64,000 bases of DNA from the NCBI GenBank assembly GCA_038087875.1, contig CM075999.1:3598001-3662000 (forward strand), read 5' to 3'. The position numbers and the translations under genes were made by a program. Positions 24,752-38,370 of this stretch are shown in pieces. The stretch comes from Malacoraja senta. Taxonomy: Eukaryota. Every line of letters starts with the position of its first letter. Position 1 is the stretch's first letter. The notes beneath the pieces were generated by a model, which ran no database searches, had not been told where the DNA came from, and worked only from the letters and a program-made list of their open reading frames with translations.

Positions 24752-27473
24752 CTGAGAGGTGGGGGTAGCTTTTCTCCAGCTTCTCTCCCCTGCACCTGCA
24801 CCCCCCCCCCCCCAACTTCATCTGTCTGAGAAAAGATGTCGACCTGAAATGTCACCTCCACATTTCCCTCCACAGATGCTGCCTGACTCGCTGAGTATTT
24901 CCGGCACTTTGCTCAAAATTCCAGCATCTGCATTTGTTCGTATCTCCAACGAACGTTGATTGTCAACTATCTTTGTTTGGGGAAAGAATACTCAAGGTCT
25001 TGGAGCTATACAGCATGGAAACAGGCCCTTCGGCCCAACTCGTCCGTGCCGACCAAGATGAGTTACTCCAGCACTTTGGTATAAACCAGCATCTGCAGTT
25101 CTTTGTTTCCACAGTTTACCTCCCAGGGTCTCAATCTTCCAACGGTAATGCGGAATGTTTAGGCGCAGTCTCTACAAGATAACGCTGACCAGTGTGGAGG
25201 CAGGACCGTGAAAGGTTGCTGGGGCAGTGTGAGGTGTCGGGTGAGGGATGGCTGACTCCAAGGTCAACTTCTTTGCAGAATGACAAGTGGTTCGGGAGGA
25301 AGCTCATCAAATGCTAAAAATAACCCGACTGGGTTTTGTAAAACGCCTTTAGCTCCGGGCCTGGCGCGGTGACTTCCTGCCTCGCAGTCGAGTTGTCAAA
25401 ATATACAGCAATTTCATTCAGGCTGAAAGCTTATCTCCAGAGAAATGTGATGTTGAAGGGATTAGGAGTGCATTACGAGCGGGACACCTGAGCAAATGCT
25501 TTCGCAGCTTTGAAGGCGGCGAGTCACCTCATCTCACCCACCCGTCTCTCTCCCCAACACACAAGGCCACCAGCACCAGCCATTTACAAAACTGTGGGCA
25601 GACCCCCCCCCGCAGGAACCAGATGGGAAGTATTACAAATGTTGGATTCACGATCCTTCCACAAAGCCAAGTAGCATCAGCTTTATGGAGCTGATTAAGT
25701 GGTAACTTTTCACAGAATGACCAGTGCATTGAAACTTGGCTTTCAGCTTTTTGCTGCATGAAATCTTTTGATTCAAAACACAAAACAACCAAAAGTTGGA
25801 ATGGTTAGAAGTCTGTGGATAAATATCAATATCAAGCCGTTTGAGAAAGAACTGCAGATGCTGGAAAAATCGAAGGTAGACAAAAATGCTGGAGGAACTC
25901 AGCAGGTGAGGCAGCATCTATGGAGCGAAGGAACAGGTGACATTTCGGGTCGAGTCTCGACCCGAAACGTCACCTATTCCTTCGCTCCAAAGATGCTGCA
26001 TCACCCGCTGAGTTCTTCCAGCATTTTAGTCTACCTTACATTGAGTTTAGTTTATTGTCACGTGTACCGAGGTACAGTGAAAAGCTTTTTGTTGCGTGCT
26101 AACCAGACAGCGGAAAGACAATACATGATTACAATTGAGCCGTCCACAGTGTACAGATACGGGATAAAGGGAATAACGTTTAGTGCCAGGTCAAGTCCAG
26201 TAAAGTCTGATCAAGGATAGTCCGAGGGTCACCAATGAGGTAGATAGTAGTTCAGGACCGCTCTCTGGTTGAGGTAGGATGGTTCAGTTGCCTGATAACA
26301 GCTGGGAAGAAACTGTCCCTGAACCTGGTTGAGCCCAAGTGATTCCCGATTGAAGTTTGTGTTTTCACACCCACACCATTTTCCTGATGGGAGAGGGGAG
26401 AAGGAGTGGCCAGGGTGCGACTCGACCTTGATTATGCTGCTGGCCTTGCCGAGGCATACATTTTAGACTCTAGAGATACAGCGAGGAAACAGGCCCTTCG
26501 GCGCACCAAGTCCATGCTAGCTCGTGATCACCAGCACACTAACACTACCCTATACACCAGGGACAATTACAATTTTTGCCGAAGCCAATTAACCTACAAA
26601 CCTGCACGTCTTTGGAGTGTGGGAGGAAACCGGAGCGCCCGGAGAAAACCCACGTGGTCACACGAAGAACTTGGGGGTGTATGAGGGTTGGTCTAATTGT
26701 ATAAAAGTTAAATTGTCCCTAGTGTGTGTAGGGTAGTGTTAATGTGCGGGGATCGCTGGTCGGCACGGACTCGGTGGGCCGAAGGGCCTGTTTCTGCACT
26801 GTATCTCCAAACTAAACTAAACTCGGACAATGTTTGACGGGATTAACGGAACAGACTGAGTGAAGTTAACTTCCACCTGGGACATTGCCCAAACCACACC
26901 TTGCCTTTTCCTCCCTGTAATTGATAAAAACCTGCCCGATTTGTGCAATAATGTCTGAACCTTTGAGCTCACACAGAAAGTTGCTCCGCACCAACTTATC
27001 AACGTGATCAGTGTTAATGCAAAACCTGCCAACCTTTCTCATCCAGAGAAAGAATAATTTTAAAACCTTGAATCACATTTCATCCGAATGGTCAATTATT
27101 AAAGATTTGAAATTGTCAAAAACAGAAAACAGTTTTCTTCCCGATCCTTCCAGATTCCTTTCTCCATCGTTACCACCTTGTTGTCTATTCATCATCTGCA
27201 CCTCACTGAACCCTGTCCGTCATCAGCCTTCCTCTCCAGAGATACCCTGGAGTCCTCATCGCAGCGCTTTGTCTCAAAGAGGCAGCGTTTCAAGGAGATG
27301 CGCGTGGCGAGCGGGTGGTGGGGGCCTGGAACGCACTGACAGGGGTGGTGGTGGAGGCACATACCATAGTGCAATTTAAGAAATGGTTGGATAAGTACCG
27401 GGGTTATGGGGAGAAGGCAGGAGATTGGGTTTAGGAGGGCGAGATAGATCAGCCATGATCGAATGGCGGAGTA

Positions 27474-29477
27474 ACATAGAAACATAGAAACATAGAAAAT
27501 AGGTGCAGGAGTAGGCCATTCGGCCCTTCGAGCCTGCACCGCCATTCAATATGATCATGGCTGATCATCCAACTCAGTATCCCGTACCTGCCTTCTCTCC
27601 ATACCCCCTGATCCCTTTAGCCACAAGGGCCACATCTAACACCCTCTTAAATATAGCCAATGAACTGGCCTCAACTACCCTCTGTGGCAGAGAGTTCCAG
27701 AGATTCACCACTCTCTGTGCGAAAAAGTTTTTCCTCATCTCGGTCTTAAAGGATTTCCCCCTTATCCTTAAGCTGTGACCCCTTGTCCTGGACTTCCCCA
27801 ACATCGGGAACAATCTTCCTGCATCTAGCCTGTCCAACCCCATAAGAATTTTGTACGTTTCTATAAGATCCCCTCTCAATCTCCTAAATTCTAGCGAGTA
27901 TAAGCCAAGTCTATCCAGTCTTTCTTCATATGAAAGTCCTGACCTCCCAGGAATCAGTCAGGTGAACCTTCTCTGCACTCCCTCTATGGCTATAATGTCC
28001 TTCCTCAGATTTGGAGACCAAAACTGTACGCAATACTCCAGGTGTGGTCTCACCAAGACCCTGTACAACTGCAGTAGAACCTCCCTGCTCCTATACTCAA
28101 ATCCTCTTGCTATGAAGGCCAACATACCATTCGCTTTCTTCACTGCCTGCTGCACCTGCATGCCTACTTTCAATGACTGGTGTACCATGACACCCAGGTC
28201 TCGCTGCACCTCCCCATTTCCTAATCGGCCACCATTTAGAAAATAGTCTGCTTTCCCGTTTTTGCCACCAAAGTGGATAACCTCACATTTATCCACATTA
28301 TACTGCATCTGCCAAACATTTGCCCACTCACCCAGCCTATCCAAGTCACCTTGCAGTCTCCTAGCATCCTCCTCACAGCTAACACTGCCCCCCAGCTTAG
28401 TGTCATCCGCAAACTTGGAGATGTTGCTTTCAATTCCCTCGTCCAGATCATTAATATAAATTGTAAATAGCTGGGGTCCCAGCACTGAGCCTTGCGGTAC
28501 CCCACTAGTCACTGCCTGCCATTGTGAAAAGGACCCGTTTACTCCTACTCTTTGCTTCCTGTTTGCCAGCCAGTTCTCTATCCACATCAATACTGAACCC
28601 CCAATACCGTGTGATTTAAGTTTGTATCCTAATCTCTTATGTGGTACCTTGTCGAAAGCCTTCTGAAAGTCCAGATACAACACATCCACTGGTTCTCCCC
28701 TATCCACTCTACTAGTTACATCCTCGAAAAATTCTATAAGATTCGTCAGACACGATTTACCTTTCGTAAATCCATGCTGACTTTGTCCAATGATTTCACC
28801 ACTTTCCAAATGTGCTGCTATCCCATCTTTAATAACTGACTCTAGCAGTTTCCCCACTACCGATGTTAGACTAACTGGTCTGTAATTCCCCGTTTTCTCT
28901 CTCCCTCCCTTCTTAAAAAGTGGGGTTACGTTTGCTACCCTCCAATCCTCAGGAACTACTCCAGAATCTAAAGAATTTTGAAAAATTATCACTAATGCAT
29001 CCACTATTTCTGGAGCTACTTCCTTAAGTACTCTGGGATGCAGCCTATCTGGCCCTGGTGATTTGTCGGCCTTTAATCCATTCAATTTACCCATCACCAC
29101 TTCCCGACTAACCTGGATTTCACTCAGTTCCTCCATCTCCTTTGACCCGCAGCCCCCTGCTATTTCCGGCAGATTATTTATGTCTTCCTTAGTGAAGACG
29201 GAACCAAAGTAGTTATTCAATTGGTCCGCCATATCCTTGTTCCCCATGATCAATTCACCTGTTTCTGACTGCAAGGGACCTACATTTGTTTTAACTAATC
29301 TCTTTCTCTTCACATATCTATAAAAACTTTTGCAGTCAGTTTTTATGTTCCCTGCCAGTTTCCTTTCATAATCTATTTTCCCTTTCCTAATTAAGCCCTT
29401 TGTCCTCCTCTGCTGGTCTCTGAATTTCTCCCAGTCCTCTGGTAGGCTGCTTTTTCTGGCTAATTTGTACGCATCAT
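27474..29477 (-). mobile_element. CR1 LINE, about 2 kb of the ORF2 RT domain, 5'-truncated, young
   Basis: 520-aa ORF with YLDFQKAFD, GVPQGSVLGP and KFADD; one TGA at 27958; (ctatgttt)n tail; agta TSD inside an older CR1 tail. Confidence 0.95.
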
Positions 29478-29554
29478 AGTAGACTTGATGGGCTGAATGG
29501 CCTAATTCTGTTCCTATCACTTATAAAATTGAGAACTCTCACTAAAGTGGCTGA

Positions 29555-30072
29555 CACAGTGCTGGAGTAACTCAGCGGGTCAGGCAGCATCTGTGGAGAA
29601 CATGGATAGGTGACGTTTCACAGAGTGCTGGAGTAACTCAGCGGGTCAGGCAGCATCTGTGGAGAACATGGATAGGTGACATTTCACAGAGTGCTGGAGT
29701 AACTCAGCGGGTCAGGCAGCATCTGTGGAGAACATGGATAGGTGACGTTTCACAGAGCGCTGGAGTAACTCGGCGGGCCAGGCAGCATCTGTGGAGCGAA
29801 GGAAATGGGCAACCTTTCGGGCCGAAACCCTGAAGGAAATAGGCAACGTTTCGGGCCGAAACCCGGAAGGGTTTCGGGCCGAAACGTTGCCTATTTCCTT
29901 CGCTCCATAGATGCTGCCGGAACATGGATAGGTGACGTTTCATAGAGTGCTGGAGTAACTCAGCGGGTCAGGCAGCATCTGTGGAGAACATGGATAGGTG
30001 ACGTTTCACAGAGTGCTGGAGTAACTCAGCGGGTCAGGCAGCATCTGTGGAGAACATGGATAGGTGACGTTT
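29555..30072 (+). repeat. Composite 66-bp tandem array with palindromic core
   Basis: Same unit and core as 6700-7130, opposite orientation. Confidence 0.85.
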
Positions 30073-30514
30073 TGGGTCGGAACTTTTCTCCAGTGCTTCA
30101 GATAGTGTGATGAAGAGTTCTGACCTGAAATGTCACCTGTTCCTTCTCGCTCAGAGATGCTGCCTGACCCGTTGAGTTACTCCAGCACTTTGTGAGTTAA
30201 CTTTTATCCAGATGGTCTTTCCCAGCATGAGTTTGCTTTCCCTTACAAACTCCCACCACACAACGTAACATCTCTCCCTCAAAACACGATGATGATTATG
30301 TTGAAGCTAAAGTGGGGAATGTGATCATAATCAGCTCAAGAGGGTCTGGTGTAGAATCTGAGAAAAACTCGGCAAAAAATAATAACACTGTCGCTTAAGT
30401 GATGATTAAATTTTAATATCTAATATATATCTGTAATTTAGCTTCCATTAATGTGGATGTATTGTGGAGCCCTGGGGAGTGGAGATAGACTGATCAGGCT
30501 GACTTCATTTAGAG

Positions 30515-31008
30515 TCGAAGATGGACACTAAAAGCTGGAGGAACTCAGCGGGACAGGCAGCATCTCCGGAGAGACGGAATGGGTGACGTTTCAGGTCAAG
30601 ATATAGACGATGATGTGGAGAGATAAATAACCCGAAACGTCACCCATTCCTTCTCTCCAGAGATGCTGCCTGTCCCGCTGAGTTACTCCAGCACTTTGTG
30701 TCTATCTTCGGTTTTAAACCAGCATCTGCAGTTCCTTCTTACACATTTTTAGTTGTGTGTTGGGTGAAAACGAAGAAGCTGGTGGGACTTGGGTGGGGGA
30801 GGGATGGAGAGAGAGAGAGAGAGGGGGAATGCCGGGGCTACCTGAAGTGAGAGAAATCTATAGTTATGCCACTGGGCTGTAAGCTGCCCAAGCGAAATAT
30901 AAGATGCTGTTCCTCCAATTTGTGTTTAGCCTCACTCTGACAATGGAGGAGACCGAGGACAGAAAGGTCAGTGTGGGAATGGGAAGGAGAATGAAAGTGT
31001 TTAGCAAC
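30515..31008 (-). mobile_element. Penelope-like element 3' end with an inverted terminal-repeat pair
   Basis: 31008-30838 translates VAKHFHSPSHSHTDLSVLGLLHCQSEAKHKLEEQHLIFRLGSLQPSGITIDFSHFR*. Confidence 0.8.
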
Positions 31009-31204
31009 CTAACCCTAATTTAGACTCATTGAGTTTTAATGCTAAATTGAAACTGACCTTTTGGCCCACCTTGTCCGAGCTGACCAAGTTGCCATACTGG
31101 GCTTGTTTCTTTTGCCTGCATTAGGGGCACAGCAGTCCCAACCCTTCCTCTCCACGTATCTTTCCATGGGTAGCCTTTCCACTCATTACAGCAGGAGCTT
31201 CTCA

Positions 31205-31900
31205 GTAAATGGTAGGCCACATGGGGAGTGTTGTAGGGCAGAGGGATCTAGGAGTACAGGTGCATGGTTCCTTGAAGGTCGAGTCGCAGGTAGATAAGGT
31301 GGTCAAAAGGCTTTTGGCACTTTGGCCTTCATCAGTCAGAGTATTGAGTATAGAAGTTGGGAGGTCATGTTGCAGTTGTATAAGATGTCAGTGAGGACAC
31401 ATTTAGAATATTGTGTTCAGTTCTGGGCACTGTGTTACAGGAAAGATGTTGTCAAGCTGGAAAGGGTACAGATAAGATTTACGAGGTTGTTGCCAGGACT
31501 CGAGGGTCTGAGCTACAGGGAGAGGTTCGGACTGTTGTCTGGAGTGCCGGAGGCTGAGGGGTGACCTTATAGAGGTGTATAAGATCTTGAGGGGAATAGA
31601 TAGGGTGAATGTGCAGTATATTTTTTCCCCAGTAAGGGAATCAAGAACCAGAGGTTTAAGGTGGGAGGGGAAAGATTTTTATGGAATCTGAGGGGGGATT
31701 TTTTTCACACAGAGGGTGGCGGGTGTAAGGAACAAGTTGCCAGAGGAGGTATTTGAGGCAGGGACTATAACAACATTTGAAAACTTCTGGACAGATACCT
31801 GGGTGGGAAAGGTTTAGACGGATATGGGCCAAACGCAGGTAGGTGACACTAGTGTAGATAGGGCTTTTGATCAGCATGGGAAAGATGGGCTGAAGGACCA
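31205..31900 (+). mobile_element. Degenerate CR1 fragment
   Basis: RDLGVQVH and [12 protein letters not shown] across frameshifts. Confidence 0.8.
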
Positions 31901-32027
31901 TTTAATAAGAAATCGTCGTGATTGCTTTATTCTTACAGAAATATGCAAAAAAAAGGTCTGCATTTGATAAATCAAACCACTACAGCAAATAATTTAAGGT
32001 TCAGTGAAATCAAGGATTTATTCCTGA

Positions 32028-32317
32028 GTTTAGTTTAGAGATACAGCATGGAAACAGGCCCTTCGGCCCACCGAGTCCCTGCCGACCAGCGATCTCCATA
32101 CACCAACACTATCCTACACACACTAGGGACAATTTACATTTTTAGTGAAGCCAATTAGCCTTTGGAGTGTGGGAGGAAACCGGAGCACCCGGAGAAAACC
32201 CATGTGGGTCATGGAGAGAAGGTACAAACTCCGTACAGACAGCACCCGTAGTCAGGATCGAACCCAGGTATCTGGCGCTGTGAGGCAGCAGCTCTACCCG
32301 CTGTGCCACCGTGCCGT
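32028..32317 (-). mobile_element. HE1-like V-SINE
   Basis: Reverse-complement match to 4735-5048. Confidence 0.85.
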
Positions 32318-32896
32318 CCTGAGCTGTAAAGTGAACTTTTAAAATCATAAATAAATGTGCAGAAACAATGTTTTTTCCATCAAACTGACAATCGCCCCTT
32401 TAGTTAATTACTGCCTCCAAATGATATTCTGTTCATGAGTGATCTGAGATGACGGTAAATTCTAAGATTCATTTCAGCCTAATCATCTCTCAATCTATTG
32501 ATAATGAATTTAGTTTCATTCAAACCTAATCAAGGGTATAAGGCAGCATCTTAATCATCGGACTGGTATCAGCTGAGAGGCTGGGCTGAAATATGTTCCT
32601 GGCGCTGTGATGTTCAGTGAATGGGCAACAGTTTCATTAAAATGTTCTCAGTTAAACTGATCTTCAAATGTTGGTTTAATGAATCTAGCTTGATGCAAAT
32701 CAGAGTGGCAGTGTTCCAACGTACACCATGCATGTAAATCTGCACTGCAGCAATTACACAGATATAGTCATCTCTCTCTCTCCCCCGTTAACTCTTAGCC
32801 TTCCAAAACATTCAACTGGTAAATAGGAAACTAATTACCTGTGAGTAATAGCCAAGAGAGTTTAATTGCCATATACATTGACAACACCAAAGTCCT

Positions 32897-33214
32897 AGCA
32901 CGTTGGCACAGCGGTAGAGTTACTGCCTTACAGCGCTTGCAGCAACGCAGGCCCTGGTCTGATCCCGACTACAGGTGCTGTCTGTACGGAGTTTGTACGT
33001 TCTCCTTCGTGACCTGCGTGGGTTTTCTCCGAGATCTTCAGTTTCCTCCCACACTACAAAGACGTACAGGTTTGTAGGTAAATTGGCTTGGTCTAAATGT
33101 AAAAATTGTCCCGGGTGTGTGTAGGATAATGTTAATATGCAGGGATCGCTGGTCAGTGTGGACTCGGTGGGCCGAAGGGCCTGTTTCCAAGGTGTATCTC
33201 CAAACCAAACTAAA
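32897..33214 (+). mobile_element. HE1-like V-SINE
   Basis: Co-linear with 4735-5048. Confidence 0.82.
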
Positions 33215-33477
33215 GGCCAACAACGGAATTCTTACCTACGAAGCTTAGCAGGTCCATAAACGCATTAGGACACAGGTAATAAATACATAACAATCAAAAT
33301 ATGATAAATTAAGAACCATAATACTAGGAAACTGTAATGATGCAAAAATAAAATCCGTGACGCAACCAAAGTCACGGCCGTAGAAAATCATAGTTCTGCG
33401 TGGTCTTCTTGAGCCTGATTATATTCTTATACAACACGGGAACTAGAACAACCTCTTTACTATGAAACCCCAGCCTC

Positions 33478-33840
33478 TGTAGACCCAATACTGACCAACC
33501 CTTCCACTGTAAGCCCAATACTGACCAATCCTTCCACTGTAAGCCCAATACTGACCAAACCTTCCACTGTAAACCCAATACTGACCAAACCTTCCACTGT
33601 AGGCCCAATACTGACCAACCCTTCCACTGTAAGCCCAATACTGACCAACCCTTCCACTGTAAACCCAATACTGACCAATCTTTCCACTGTAAACCCAATA
33701 CTGGTCATCCTCCGTTGACCCCATCCTTCCCTCCCTGGACCCAACACTAGCCCACCCTTCCACCTGTAGACCCAGCACTGACCCATTAGTCCATCCACAG
33801 ACCCAATACTAGCCCATCCTATCCTCTGTTGACCCAATCC
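33478..33840. repeat. 30-bp minisatellite (aarcccaatactgaccaacccttccactgt)n, decaying to the right
   Basis: About 7 good copies plus degenerate ones. Confidence 0.92.
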
Positions 33841-36389
33841 AGAGTCTCATATTTAACATTTTTATTTTTCATTGGTGATCACAGATTTTCAAATACTAAG
33901 AGTTGTAAATAATTGAAATAAGAAAAAAACGATTGCTTTAGAAAATGAAAAATAAAGTTGATGAATAAATAATTGAAAGCTCGAGACAAAAAACATTCAA
34001 TAATTGAACGTACCTTCCTCCCAGTCCCCGCCAGCGGCCGGCTCTCCCGGCCTGACGCTCCATATGCAGCCCGTTGAACGTTGGAGTAACTGGTATCCAC
34101 CACTCAGGTCACCCCACACCTGCCCTGGGCTTGCCCTGGTCTGGGACACACTCACCTGCGGACAGCTGTAGGCTTGGGCTCCCAACCAGCGTGACCACTG
34201 TTCTCCAGCCATGAACGTTGTTGGTCTGGCCTCCACACAAGTGACACCGGGGCACTCTCTCCCGAGAAGCCCACCCATCCTGCTCCTAGTGGTCCTTTGT
34301 GAGACCCATCCAAGGTCAGGCCAACACTCACGGAGTCACACAGCATGGAACCAGGCCCTTCGGCCCAACTAGTCCATGTTGATCAAGATGCCCCACCTGC
34401 TCACATTTGGCCCAAATCCCACTAAACCTTTCCTATCCATTTCTCCAAATGGTGTTACAGTCCCTGCCTCAACTACCTCCTCTGGCAGCTCGTTCCATGC
34501 ATCCACCACCCACTGTGTGAAAAGGTTACCCCTCAGATTCCTATCAAATCTTTCCCTATGCCTTTTCCTCGCTGTTCCCAATCCCCCGTTAACCCTTCTA
34601 TTTCTCCTCAATTACCTACACTGTGCACCCATACTCCTCCATCACCCTCGCCTCCAGTCACTTGAGGTCATCAGTCAGTAGGTAGGTGACTCGACATTGT
34701 GGACTTCCATTGGGACCATGTCAGCATCTCATCCCAGTGTTCAGTCGAGCTTTGGACTTGTCCTGCCTCTGAAGACTAATTTCCACTTTGTATATGTTTC
34801 TTTAATCACTCCGAAAAAGGAATGAAAAATAGAATTGAAGTTACGTGGAAATTTACTCTCGACACACATTGTGTAGCAAGAAATTGCAGAGAGTTGTGGA
34901 GGTAGCCCAGTCCGTCATACAGACCGGACCCCACCATTGACCCCAGTCACGCTTCACACTGCCCTGGGAAAGCAGCCAACATCATCAAAGACTTGTCCCA
35001 CCCCGGCCATTCTTATATCTCCCCGCTCCCGTCCGGCAGAAGGTACAGAAGCTTGAAAGCGTGCACCACCAGACTCAGGAACAGCTTCTTCCCGACTTCT
35101 CAACGGTCCTTCCATAAGCTCGGGTACTGACCGATTCACCTCTACCCCATTGTGGACACTGATGCGCTACAATGCTGAGAACTATATTCTGCACTCTGTA
35201 TTTTCCCCTTTGCTCCACCTATTGTACTGGAGTTTGACACGATTGTATTTACGTATAGTCATCGAGTCAGACAGCGGGTAAAAAGGGCCCTTCAACCCAA
35301 CTTGTTCATGCTGACCCACTTGCCCCATCTACGCTAATTCCACGCCTGCATTTGGTCCATATCCCTCTAAACCTGTCCTATCCATGTACCTGTCTAACTG
35401 TTTCTTAAACGTTGCGATAGTCCCAGCCTCAACTACCTCCTCTGGCAGCTTGTTCCATACACCCACCATCCTTTGTGTAAAAAGGTTACCCCTCAGGTTC
35501 CTATTAAATATTATTTGATCTGAGTGGCTAGCATGCAAAACAAAGCTTGTCACTGTACCTCGGTACACGTGGCAATAATAAACTTAAACCTTTGGGTACC
35601 GAGACTAAAGGTGTAATCCTTTAATCCTGTGGACCAGCTCCAAGCCTCGTTGTCTTTGGGTCTGCCAAACTCTCTCCATGAATCACAAAGCTGGAGGTTG
35701 AACCTCTGTTGTGGGACCACAGGAGTGGTGGGACATGTGCTTCTGCATGCGGTCGGAGTCACGGCATTCAGCAGACAAAAGGAAAAGCTAAAAGAAAAAG
35801 CCGTCCAAGTTTAACTTCAGGTACCTCTGCCATCCCCTCTCTCTCCATCCCCCCCCCCCCACCCCCATTCAAAGTCATCTTGTTGAGTCTCATTGTCTGG
35901 AACTCAGTTTCACCTAGCCCATGGTAGACAAAAATTGCTGGAGTAACTCAGCGGGACAGGCAGCATCTCTGGAGAGAAGGAATGGGAGACATTTCGGGTC
36001 GAGACCCATCTTCAGACCCGAAACCTCACCCATTCCTTCTCTCCAGAGATGCTGCCTGTCCCGCTGAGTCACTCCAGCTTTTTGTGTCTATCTTCGGTTT
36101 AAACCAGCACCTGCAGTTCCCTCCGACACTTTCACCCAACAAACAGCTAACAATGTCCTGTTTCCTTCATCATCGTTATGTTTTTGCATATCTTTCATCC
36201 ATTTGTTCTATATCTCCCCACATCACCGACTATATCTCTCGTTCTTTGAAGAAGTTCTCCTCCTCTCACCAAAGAGAATTCTGACACCTTGCCCTTCCAT
36301 ATCTCTGTCTCCCTCGCGCCCGACTCTCAGTCTGAAGAACTTCCTACACGGCATGTTTAGCTGGAGTCTGGGTGCTGAGGCTGACCACA

Positions 36390-38370
36390 ACATTAACCTT
36401 AATTCCATTTTATTTTATAGTCAATTGTGAACATATCAAACTACAAATTAACTTAATGTGCGACAGAAGCGGTAAGAAAACCCACTAAAACATCGCTCCA
36501 GTTGGGGACATGCGAAGAAATAATGCGGATTTCAGAGCTAGCGAAAATTTAATCTTCAGTAATTTGCACAAATAACAATGAAAAAAATAATGAATCAGAT
36601 TGGCAATCGAGATCTAGTTAGGCAGCTAAATGAAACACTTAAATAAAGCTAAATTAATACTTCTGTTAAACAAAAAATAATGCAGTTCGTTTTTGCTCTC
36701 CCAGTTGGGGCTTGAAGCTTTGTCGGTATCCCAAGCGGGTGTGGTCTTCGTCAGTGAAGAATCGCGGGACACAACAGCGCCTCAGTCTGGCCACGTTCAC
36801 CAGTGCCAGCCGACCGCCACGCTGTCTCACACACCCTTGGGTGCTACAGTCAACCGTCGTATAGCAAGGGAGCTGCAACAATACCAGTGCGGTCTCAATG
36901 ATGAACGATGAAGAGCTGGTCTCATCCGAGACTAAGCATGAAGCCTCGTCTCCACGGAGATCATGTCCTCAACTTCTCCTTGGGTGGGGATGAGCTGACC
37001 AACCAAACCCAGCGTCTAAAAGTGGTCGATGCCTCGGAATCATCGCAATGTTCAGTCTGATCTTCACTCTGATCCTCACTCACTCTGGCGCTGATGGACC
37101 GGTTCACCAATCTCTCTGTGATTTCCTCCCAGACTTAGTTCCATCTGCACCAGACAGTAACCTTCACACACAGTGACAACAACTCTGTGGACGGACGTGA
37201 TCCTGCATTTTATCCGGTAAATCATTCTCTCTCGTTCCAACTCCATTGTCATCGTTCGACCCGGCAAAGAGCGGGTTTGGAACAGACTGCGTTCACAGTC
37301 GAGGAATAGTGGTTACACTGCACACGTTTGCTGGCTTCACATGTGTGTGTGTGTGTGCACGTGTGTGTGTGTGTGTGTACGCGTGTGTGTGGGTGTGTGT
37401 ACGTGTGTGTGTACGTGTGTGTCTACGTGTGTGTGTACGTGTGTTGGTGTGCATGGGTGTGTGTGTGCGTACGTGTGTGTGTGTGTACGTGTGTGTGTGT
37501 ACGTGTGTGTGTGTGCGTGTGTGTGTGTGTGTGTGTACGTGTGTGTGTCTGTACGTGTGTGTGTACGTGTGTGTGCGTGTGCATGGGTGTGTGTGTACGT
37601 GTGTGTGTGTGACGTGTGTGTGTGTGTACGTGTGTACGTGTGTGTGTCTGTACGTGTGTGTGTACGTGTGTGTATACGTGTGCATGTGTGTGTGTGTGTG
37701 TGTACGTGTGTGTGTCTGTACGTGTGTGTGTGTGTGTGCGTGTACGTGTGTGTGTGTAAAAAAAACCCAACATTAGCCATTTTAAAGGCGTCTCTTAGTC
37801 CAAGGGCCTACAAAATTGTACAAAGAAGAGAATAAAATATGTCTGGAATATGGCAACTCAAATAGAAAAGCTCAGTGAAATATTAAGTTGAAAGAAAAGA
37901 GCCATTTTAGTACGGTCCTTTGCAACATTGTTAAACAAGCACTGTAGGCCAGTCAATGCTCTCTTATGGTACATTGTGGCTGGTCCCAACGTCCCAAGCA
38001 ACAGGGACAGGCCGGGAGCAAGGCAGCATCGTCCCTGTTCTTCATCCAGACCCAGAAGATCTTAATCTCAGTGTCTGGACTCCAATACTGCTCAGTAGCA
38101 TCAGGAAATTGCAGTGACGTCCTTTCTAACCCCCAAATGTCTCTCCACCCCATGCACCCATTGTGCAGTGTTGTACATTTGCTGTGAAGGTACGATATTA
38201 TGTTGGGGAGATTGGCCAGTCTCCTGCTGTGCAAGATGATCTAAATCTCAATGAGTTCCTTCAAGTTTTGGGCCACAGTTCCCATGAAAGCTGCCCTTCC
38301 CAACTCCTTGATCTCATGGTTGGAAATATAATGCAACGGTGGTGAAGGAATGTTCTAACCGGCCCGGCAG
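36390..38370 (-). other. Probable 3' UTR of the kinase gene with candidate polyadenylation signal AATAAA at 36409-36414
   Basis: About 2 kb with no recognisable transposon except a CA microsatellite, unlike the flanks; ATTTA motifs near 36625-36645; minus-strand AATAAA; end point inferred. Confidence 0.5.
37340..37757. repeat. Interrupted (TG)n microsatellite with recurring tac interruptions
   Basis: Direct inspection. Confidence 0.95.

Noticed and set aside
27958..29520. 520-aa host protein-coding gene
   Set aside because: 5'-truncated CR1 RT fragment; the ORF start lies in flanking repeat sequence
29555..30072. CRISPR-like array
   Set aside because: Head-to-tail tandem units without unique spacers, no cas genes, vertebrate context
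33372..33837. Repetitive-protein ORFs
   Set aside because: Produced by a 30-bp minisatellite that stays open in several frames
37246..37835. Cys/Val- and His/Thr-rich ORFs (also 59091-59966)
   Set aside because: Translations of TG/CA microsatellites
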